Source of the DNA: Octopus vulgaris
Lineage: Eukaryota
Direction: 5' to 3'
DNA: 64,000 bases
Assembly: GCA_951406725.2 (NCBI GenBank)
Contig: OX597830.1
Coordinates: 13,888,001-13,952,000, forward strand
Below the pieces are notes generated by a model that had not been told where the DNA came from, did not search any database, and saw only the letters and a list, made by a program, of their open reading frames with translations. The position numbers and the translations under genes were made by a program. Shown here in pieces: positions 55,117 through 64,000 of the stretch; the stretch's first letter is position 1; each line of letters begins with the position of its first letter.

Positions 55117-55996
55117 GGCTAGCTAGCTAGCTAACTATATGTAACTATTATGCATCTATCTGTCTATTTATCTACCTTGAATTCAAAATAGGGCAAAACG
55201 TATGGAAGATCATAATACTGTTCAAAGAAAAATTGCGAAATAGGTCTCAGATAGTGGTAAATTCAGAGAGCAAGAAAGAGAGAGAGCAGCAGAGAGAGAG
55301 AGAGACAATAGTTACACTCTAAAGGGAATGCATTCCACAAAACAGTGGTTGTGCTCTGACAGAAGCACGTGGTTTTAGTGTGTGTATGTGTGTGTTGTGT
55401 GTTGTGTGTGTGTGTGTGTTTGCTGGGTGAGTGTGTTCCATAATCCAATGGTTGCACTTCCACACAGTAGTGCTTACGCTGTGGTATGAAACGAGTGTCG
55501 CAAAGCAGTGAATTTACTGTAAAAGGAAGTGTATTTTACAAAGCATTGGTTCCATTGTTGCCTGAAATAAGTTCCACGTTGCAGTATTTAGAGAGAGTAG
55601 GGAGCGAGAGAGAAGAGAAATAGAGCAGAAAGATGTGAGAAAATATTAATAGACGATAGGTGGGTGTTAGACAGATAGTAAGACTAAGTGCGTGTTTGTG
55701 AATTGTAGTAACTTGGAGTAATTTAAAGTCAAGTGAATGTCAATTAGCTTTGCTTTGATGCAAGTGAGGAGTGATGGAGCTTATTGGTGAAATCAATTCA
55801 TCACTCAGTAAAACAAAGTAGTGGATACACTGCTAAGGAAAATTTGGTGTCACAAGACGTTGTTCAACAATGAAAAATAATTTATCATAAATTGCCAAAC
55901 CAGACACATACTATTTGAAATCAGAAACAAGCCTTCATCGGTATCCTGTTAAGGACTCCTGAGCGCTGTGTGTTTTCGTGAAGAACGTGTAAACTA

Positions 55997-56450
55997 TTGC
56001 TGCCGTCCTTTAGTCGAGCAAATCGACCCCGGGACTTATTCTTTGTAAGCCCAGTACTTATTCTATCGGTCTCTTTTTGCCGAACCGCTAAGTTACGGGG
56101 ACGTAAACACACCGGCATTGGTTGTCAAGCAATGCTAGGGGGACAAACACAGACACACAAACACATACACATATATATATACATATATAGTTGATAGTAC
56201 ATAATATTTAGACCAGTTTGCAGTTCATAGAAGGAAATTATTTTACATGAAAAAGTGAATTCGATAGTTGCGGTTATTTATTTCGTGAAGACAGAGAGTT
56301 TAGCTCTAGTCTACCAAGTCCACTCACAAGTGCATTGGTCGGCCCGGGGCTAGCAGAAGACACTTGCCCAAGATGCCACGCAGTGGGACTGAACCCGGAA
56401 CCATGTGGTTGGTTAGCAAGCTACTTACCACACAGCCACTCCTGCGCCTA
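55997..56450 (-). mobile_element. SINE family B copy (3' part 55997-56190, 5' part 56310-56450)
   Basis: Reverse complement matches 63108-63480. Confidence 0.85.
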
Positions 56451-57777
56451 TATATTGCGAATATATTTAAAGTGAGTTTTATTCCCTATTCACTCCGCTT
56501 GCACAAAATACAGCATATGTGCCCCATCGCACATATATCTATGAAATACACACAGAGTCGCACCCATACATGTTTCTATGTATTCAAAAACTGACCGAGT
56601 CGCGAAATATTTCTGCCCTTGAGAGTTCCGGACCCCAAAAGTAATTTATGAGGCGATAAAATAAGGGCACTTGGGTAAGGAAAATAGTTGGATACTGAGT
56701 ACATATATGTTAGTTAAAAATAACACAGTATTGTTGTATAGTTGTGTCATATATTCTACGAATGGTAGCACATCATCCCTACTTATTAAATAACTTGCAA
56801 AGAAACAATTCATAAACGAATTTAAAATCCGATGATACGTATAGATGCAAATCTTATTACATGTCTTCTAAAATCAAACATAACTTGACGATCTGTCGAC
56901 TTACAACACCGTTCTTTGTCTTGAGTTTACTTCGTAGAGTGCTTTACCAAGAGATTGGTTGTTTGTAACACATTCATGAATGCGTCTAGGCAAAATTTAA
57001 GCAGAAGGCAAGCGAGCGATCTGCCAGCCATTAATGCGGTTTCTCCCATCACAGACCATCTTTCACCTGAATGCTGCAGTTGGTTGCACATCAATTATCT
57101 TCATACTAACTAGAGATTTTCACGTATATAGCTTAGAGTCAAGTGAACACCATGCACGATTTGCTACACACATGTACACATTTAATAACAATTAAAAAAA
57201 TTCCCTCGTTTTATTTGACAGAATGTGTTTATCATTTTTTCTCGGCAAAATTTAGCACGTGCCACACCAGAATGTCGACTAAAGCAGCAAAGCGCAGAGC
57301 TAACGCAATATATGTGTATATAAATATAAATATATATAATAACTTTGTTGTGACTTTATATATATGCGTGTGTGTGTGAGTGTATATCAGCACTTGATTT
57401 TGACAACAAGGTCAAGGTGAGTTCTGATTGGCTGTATGTAAATGAGTTGATTACTGGGATCCGGAACTCTCGTGGAAAAAAATTTCGCGGCTGGGTCAGC
57501 ATTTTAGTAGACAGTTGAACACAAAGGGAAGCCACCATGTACTTCAATTTTGTGAGTATTTTTTTCTTTACATAAATTATATTTGGTATATTTTACACAT
57601 ACAAAACTCGCAAAACTCGATATATATACGGATAATGACTGTTTCACTATAAGCCTCTCTCTTCCCAGTATGCAGTAAAGTATATACAGGAAAACACTAT
57701 ATGTTAATTGTTAGACATAAATGCATTATGATTCATATAATCTGAAATAACTTACTCTTTGTCTCATTTTCACTTTC

Positions 57778-57822
<45 letters not shown>

Positions 57823-58865
57823 AATGGGATTATACTATGTGACAAATAGATCCTGTTGAAATTGAATTCGTCGTCGTGTATCGTACGCATGCAGCGCATT
57901 CAAGACACTATAATGATCTTTCTCTCTGTCTGTCTGTCTGTCTATCTACTCCGACAGAGAGAAAGAGAAAGAGAAAGAGAAGGAAAGAGAGAGAGAAGGA
58001 AGGAGTTCTTGACATTGTGCATTCATTGCGTTCTTTGCCTGCTCCTGAATCTGTACTCTTCCTTCTATGATAATGTTTTGCTGACCTCTGCTTCTTCGTA
58101 TACGATTTTAATAAATGAGATTTTTTTTCACAATATTGAGAAGCTGGTATATTTCACCTTTTTGTAATACCCATTCATCCATCCGATGGTCCTCGTAAGA
58201 GATGAGATTCGCATTCTCCTATACACCCACATTTGAAACACATTGATTATATTCACTTCAAATTATAGAGTCGAGAAAGCATTAAATCTTAACGGTATTT
58301 AACTCAGCTAATAAGAAAGCATGTTTCAAACTAGGCAGGCATTGGTCGGCCCGGGGCTATAGCAGAAGAACCCAAATGAATATATTTTAAAAAATTCACT
58401 ACACACTACTTGCAAACATAACTATAATTATATATAATTATATATAATTAGTTAATTGATTCTAACGAGGAGAATATGTTCCAAATTGAATAAAGGAGTA
58501 AATTCAATGATCATGCTTCTTTTCTCTTTTAATAATGCTTGTGGTTTACTCGTATTTACAGTTATAATACTTCATTCATTTGTTATACTTGTGGCGTTTG
58601 ATCCCTCACCCACAATAACTTACAATTGCATATGTAAAACACTAAGGGGAGAGGATTACATCTACATTTTTCCCACCCACATCTTTACGATATGGGACCC
58701 TAACAGATATTCAGTGATACTAAAAGTAACAGAGGGAATGTATATGAGTTTACTTCGTAGAGTGCTTTACCAATTCTTGAGAGAAACACTTCATTTCATG
58801 TTGCTTTATAATGTGAGAGCTGAACGGCACTTTTCCTTTCACACTTTTCAGACAATCATTCGCAT

Positions 58866-59350
58866 TTAAGGGGTATGAAAAAATTCGCACCAGAGATTTT
58901 CGTTTTTTCTTGCCATGACGTATCTGTTCCAGAAGTTAGTTCCAGAAGTTGCTTGGTGAATATTTTCCACTGGTCCCCCAAGGAATTCCTTGTCTTGAAC
59001 TTTAGAGAATAACTAGGATTTGAGATATATCATGCTGAGGGAGAAGTACCATATGGATTCAGAAGGCAATTCCTGAAGAACAAGAAAAGCTTTGTTCAGC
59101 CCATTGATTATTGAGCCACTGCCATCCTCGGGCTGACATTTTAGCAACTCTTAAAGAAAAGTGAAATTATTTCAAGTAACTCGAGATTATTTTTCACAAG
59201 TTTTTGACTTTTGTTAACACAGTTATGGTGATGCTGAAGTTGTATTAAAACTTTTCAGCAGGGTGTATTTTGATCAGCAAAGGTTGATTACTGGGATCCG
59301 GAACTCTCGTGGGAAAAAAATTTCGCGGCTGGGTCAGCATTTTAGTTCCC
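58866..59350 (-). mobile_element. Possible very decayed mariner relic
   Basis: TAAGGGGTATGAAAAAA terminus resembles a mariner TIR; weak LQHHHN (LHHDN-like) and LFSK..EFLGG traces. Confidence 0.3.
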
Positions 59351-60253
59351 AATACTTTACACATGATCGACAGGAGTTCGGACTAATTTGACATAAAAGA
59401 AAAAGAAGAGATAGTATCCATCTAAAAACAGAAGCATTACAAAAAAACCCAAACTATCAACTAGAATATGGCTGGGAAATAGCAGTTTACTCAAAGTAGC
59501 CACCGTCAACCTACCACAAGACGGCTCCTGAACCCGGTACATGCGTTCCTCACTGTGTCCTCCAGGGAAGATCTTCAAACATCTCTCTTGATCTTGGCGA
59601 CCATTTCTCTGGCTTTGAAAGCGTTACAAGCAGAGCGGTTAGTGTATTTCTTAATCGTGACCCACGCATTATAATACACGGGAGAATTATGCGTAACAGA
59701 CCCCATTGGTGCCAACATAAAATATCAGCGACCACTTCTGACGCTTTATGCAGACATGTCCATCGCATGGGTTATGGGGTCTCACTCGACCCCAGTGCGT
59801 AACTGGTACTTAATTTATCGACCCCGATAGAAAGCTGGAAGAAGCTGGATCCTATGTCTCCAGCCGTTTCACATCGACGGCTTGACCGAGTCTGAGGCCT
59901 TATTAACAGACGTAGAGATGAACTTCAACGTGCGATAAACAAAAGGTACTATAAACAAAAGATTTTTGTATGACTTGCAGGCTTTGCAGTGTCCGTTGCA
60001 ACTGATCATGCCACGTCTTATAACCTTTACAGTGTTAACAGAACACTAACTAGTAATCATTTATGTTGGCATTTTGATACCCGGCGTGAATCAACATCAT
60101 ACAAATAACTCTTTCAGTATTCAGGGTTATAATCCTCTATGTCAGCTAACTTTTTCTCAACTAGAAACTTAGTATTCAGGGTCTCCAACGCAATTGTTTA
60201 CGGTTCCTGAAAGTAGGAGGTATGAAAAAATCGACAATTGTAGCTCGAACACC

Positions 60254-60319
<66 letters not shown>

Positions 60320-60321
<2 letters not shown>

Positions 60322-60695
60322 TTTTGTGACTGCCTTGCCTCTTTTGTGTTTGTCATTTGACTGCGGCCATGCTGGAGCACCACCTTTAGTCGAACAAATC
60401 AACCCCAGGAACTATTGCCTGCTCCTGAATCTGTACTCTTCCTTCTATGATAATGTTTTATCGCAACATTCTCCTATACACCCACATTTGAAAACCAACA
60501 TCGGTTGTCAAGCGATAAACACCGATAGACAAACATACACAGACACACTCACACACACACACACACACACACATATACAAATTATAGAGTCGAGAAAGCA
60601 TTAAATCTTAACGGTCTTTGGTCGGCCCGTGGCTATAGTAGTAGACACTCGCCTAAGGCGCCACACTGTGGGACTGAACCTAGAACCATGTGTCT
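60320..60695 (-). mobile_element. Fragmented SINE family B pieces
   Basis: GTCATTTGACTGCGGCCATGCTGGAGCACCACC (tail) and GCCACACTGTGGGACTGAACC (head) in reverse orientation, interleaved with unrelated sequence. Confidence 0.75.
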
Positions 60696-60947
60696 GAGAG
60701 ATTCGAACAAGTTGTAGGGAACAAGTATCTTGAACAAGAACCCAAATCTCTGAAGAAGCCACATACGCACATAATTCTTAAACAAGAATGTTGCTGATAG
60801 TGACTTCGCTACATGTTAGTTAAGCGGCGACAGCAACGTATTACAGTTAATCTTCTCTCTATATAGACTTTGTTGAGTTAAAATCATCCGTAGGGCATCT
60901 GGATTTAAGTGGCGTGGCAGTTGGGTTTTTTTATGGTTAGTTGTTAT

Positions 60948-61014
<67 letters not shown>

Positions 61015-61084
61015 GCGAAGGCGTGGCTGTGTAGTAAGCTTGCCTCTCAACCACATGCTTTCGAGTTCAGAACCACCACGCGGC

Positions 61085-61308
61085 TACCACAAAGAGAGAA
61101 GAGCAGAGACTGGTAACGGTACGAAGAGCCATGGAAAGGTCAAATGCTTTGTATCTCGTTGAGAGAGCACATCAGTAGCGAGATCATCAGAGAGAAGTCC
61201 GGGGTGAGGGATGTCATCGCAGAATATACCCGCAGCAAGTTTAGATGGGCTGGACACGTCGCCCGGCTCACCGATAATCGGTGGACCCGCGCAATTACAA
61301 CGGCGGAG

Positions 61309-61310
<2 letters not shown>
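61085..61310 (+). mobile_element. RTE LINE internal fragment
   Basis: [48 protein letters not shown]. Confidence 0.85.
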
Positions 61311-61385
<75 letters not shown>

Positions 61386-61959
61386 CAAATATGTACATAT
61401 ATATATATGTATATGTATATATAAATATTTATGTGCATATATTTGTGTATATATATGTGTGTGTATATGTATGTATGTATATATGCACGTATACTTGCTT
61501 AAGCCTTCTCGAGTTCAGTCATTCTCGATTATACGTCAGTTTTCAAAAATAATATATGGAAAAATAAAAATCAAGTTAAATCATTTTACTCGACTTTACG
61601 TCTGTCCACCACTAGAAAACCATTGAAAGCACATAAAATAATTTTATTGTGCAATAAATGAAAATAAAACCATATAAAATCATATTAAAATACGTACAGT
61701 AAATGTTAAGATATATACCATAAAGTAGTGTAGCTTAGTGAACGAAATCATGAAATCAGCTGTGTTGACCTATTTATCGGTCTTTTGGAGCTCATATTGC
61801 ACTGTTGTTCCAATATCTACCGTTAGGCGTCGTTGTCACTCGTGATTACCCCGATGTTTTGAATTCAGATTTGTTTACGTCTGTTTATCGGCTACTTTAC
61901 ATTCTCATTCATTTGTCATTTTATTTTTTTAGCCCCCATAGCTCCTTAGAATTTGATAG

Positions 61960-62765
61960 TGAAAGTGCTAAGCGTCATGCTATTACACTGGAAGATAAAC
62001 TGGCTATGATAAAACGCTATGGAAAAGGTGAAAAAGTGATAACAATTGCACGATCTTTTGGGATGAGTCGCACAACTGTATCGATGATTGTACGTAATAA
62101 GGACAAGATTTTAGGACATATGAAATCTGAAGCCCTAGGGATGAAGAATCTTGTAATCAATAAAAAAGGAGACAAAATCTTTGAAGAAATGGTAAGTCTT
62201 CTTTCTGAATAGATTGTTAGGTTGAATCAGGTTTGCTACTATTAGTCAAGAAATCATTCATGAGAAAGGGTTGTCTTAATTTGAAGACCCGAAGAAAAAT
62301 ATTCAAATAAAGAAAAAATATCCAAGGCAAGTGAAGGATGGTTCATGAGATTTAAGGAGCGAAGAAGTTATCACTCCATTAAGAAGCAAAGTGAAAGTGC
62401 ATCATCTGATGAACAAGCAGCAGCGGAATTTCCTAATGCATTAAAGAAAATCATCGAAGAAAACCGGTTCCATCCGGAACAGATTTTTAACGTAGACGAA
62501 ACTGGATTGCATTGGAAAAAGTGGCCAGACCGTTCATTCATTTCCAAGGAGTAAAATACTATTCCAGGCTACAAGGTCTCAAAAGAACGTGTGACCATTA
62601 TGTTGGGAGGTAATTCTAGCAGGAGTTTTTAAATTGAAGCCATTGCTTGTGTATCATGTACACAAACCCTGTGCCGTGAAGAACATACCCAAATCATCTC
62701 TCCCTGTTATATGGATGGCTAATTCAAAAGCATGGGTTACTGTTGTTGTTTTTGAAGATTGGTTA
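61960..62765 (+). mobile_element. Tigger/pogo transposase pseudogene (CENP-B-type HTH + DDE)
   Basis: KRHAITLEDKLAMIKRY..IARSFGMSRTTVSMI, ASEGWFMRFK, ESASSD, EQIFNVDETGLHWK, SKERVT, LPVIWMANSKAW..FEDW; stops and frameshifts. Confidence 0.9.
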
Positions 62766-63107
62766 CTATGGTCACGGCTGCGTGGGGTTCGGTTATAAAT
62801 AAAACAAAAAATATACATTGTGCACAGGACATCACCAACGAGTGAAAAATACGTAAACACACGAGAGAAAAGTACAGGACAAAATGCCAAGAGAATATAA
62901 CTCCTCATCAGTTGTCGGACTATTTATTACTCCTATTTCGTGCTTTCAACGGCAATATAGGGAAACTTCATAAGACAGCAGCATCCAGAAAATTAAAAGA
63001 CACATATACACACATATATATACATACATATACATATATATATATATATATATATACATATACATACATATATATATATATCTTATATATATATATTTAT
63101 ATGTATA

Positions 63108-63265
63108 CAGGAGTGGCTGTGTGGTAAGTAGCTTGCTTACCAACCACATGGTTCCGGGTTCAGTCCCACTGCGTGGCACCTTGAGCAACTGTCTTCTACT
63201 ATAGCCTCGGGCCGACCAAAGCCTTGTGAGTGGATTTGGTAGACGGAAACTGAAAGAAGCCCGTC

Positions 63266-63301
<36 letters not shown>

Positions 63302-63534
63302 TGTGTGTGTGTGTGTGTGTATGTTTGTGTGGCTGAGTTTGTCCCCCCAACATCGCTTGACAACCGATGCTGGTGTGTTTACGTTTCCGTCACTTAACGG
63401 TTCGGCAAAAGAGACCGATAGAATAAGTACTAGGCTTACAAAGTATAAGTCCTGGGATCGATTTGCTCGACTTAAGGTGGTACTCCAGCATGGCCAAAGT
63501 CAAATGACTGAAACAAACAAAAGGATAAAAGAAT
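63108..63534 (+). mobile_element. SINE family B, full length, with internal (TA)n(TG)n and LINE-like 3' tail
   Basis: TGGCTGTGTGG A-box, GGTTCAGTCCC B-box, CORE-like GGCACCTTGAGCAA, microsatellite 63267-63330, tail GGTGGTACTCCAGCATGGCC..AGTCAAATGACTGAAAC. Confidence 0.92.
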
Positions 63535-63774
63535 ACAGAATATCTTACTAAACTAGCCGTGACCCGTTAGGTCACCAATAGTTCGAAGTATTTTGGGAAC
63601 CCGTGGTCCGATTTATGCGAAACTTCTGTTATTCCTTGTGTACTCACATTTCATTGTTACCTTACTTTCAGAGCATTTTCCCCATTATACGCCGATTTGG
63701 TTATTTATAAAAGTACCCGAAAAGCCGCGTGTCTCGGTCACGCGTAAACGGCTCCTTTCTTCAGAAAAGGAAAT

Positions 63775-63886
63775 ATTTGGCTGCTATTTCTTGCACGCCC
63801 TGCTGCCAGGTAACAGCTATTTCAGGTCCTTTGTCACAAATAGCTGTTACGTGGTAGCGGGGTATGCTAGAAATAGCAACCAAATC
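63775..63886. repeat. ~110 bp hairpin palindrome (mini fold-back element)
   Basis: ATTTGGCTGCTATTTCTTGCA..GTAACAGCTATTT / AAATAGCTGTTAC..TGCTAGAAATAGCAACCAAAT. Confidence 0.85.
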
Positions 63887-64000
63887 TTTCGAAGTGAGAT
63901 ACGTTGAGTGAACTCCAATAAAACCTATGGAAAAAATATGTCACACCGAGGTTACGAACGGATCTTTTATGAAATATTTAGCGTATTTTTGGTGCCATTT

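Noticed and set aside
58855-59150. Minus-strand host exon (acceptor-like TTTTCTTTAAG followed by ~95 open codons)
   Set aside because: No recognisable protein, no partner exons; overlaps a possible mariner relic within the suspect patchwork zone.
62880-62950. Hammerhead (minus strand GAAA...CUGAUGA)
   Set aside because: Core words are present but I could not find consistent stems I-III in any topology.
63553-63580. Helitron 3' end (CTAG plus GTGACC/GGTCAC hairpin)
   Set aside because: Hairpin is only a few nt from CTAG and no matching other end was found; could be chance.

Overview
AT-rich, repeat-saturated eukaryotic DNA with no host protein-coding gene that I can support. The combination of very dense (TA)n/(CA)n/(GAT)n/(CTA)n microsatellites, several tRNA-headed SINE families and CR1/L2-type, RTE, Tx1/L1 and Penelope retroelements resembles a coleoid cephalopod (octopus-like) genome; this is an inference, not verified. 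The window holds two 5'-truncated but ORF-intact CR1/L2-type LINE copies, a decayed Penelope (RT + GIY-YIG), a Tx1/L1 5' half, several RTE remnants, Tc1/mariner and Tigger/pogo relics, MITEs (one carrying TTAGGG repeats) and several fold-back palindromes. Most interesting: (i) at least four different minimal type-I hammerhead-ribozyme-like motifs, including an inverted pair; (ii) a LINE/SINE pair sharing a 3' motif and a compensatory-changed hairpin; (iii) a tRNA-like Pol III head directly after the Penelope ORF; (iv) a collinear patchwork copy of upstream sequence from ~51.3 kb onward that is probably an assembly artefact. Most ORFs in the supplied track are microsatellite translations. All coordinates were read by eye and may be off by a few bases.
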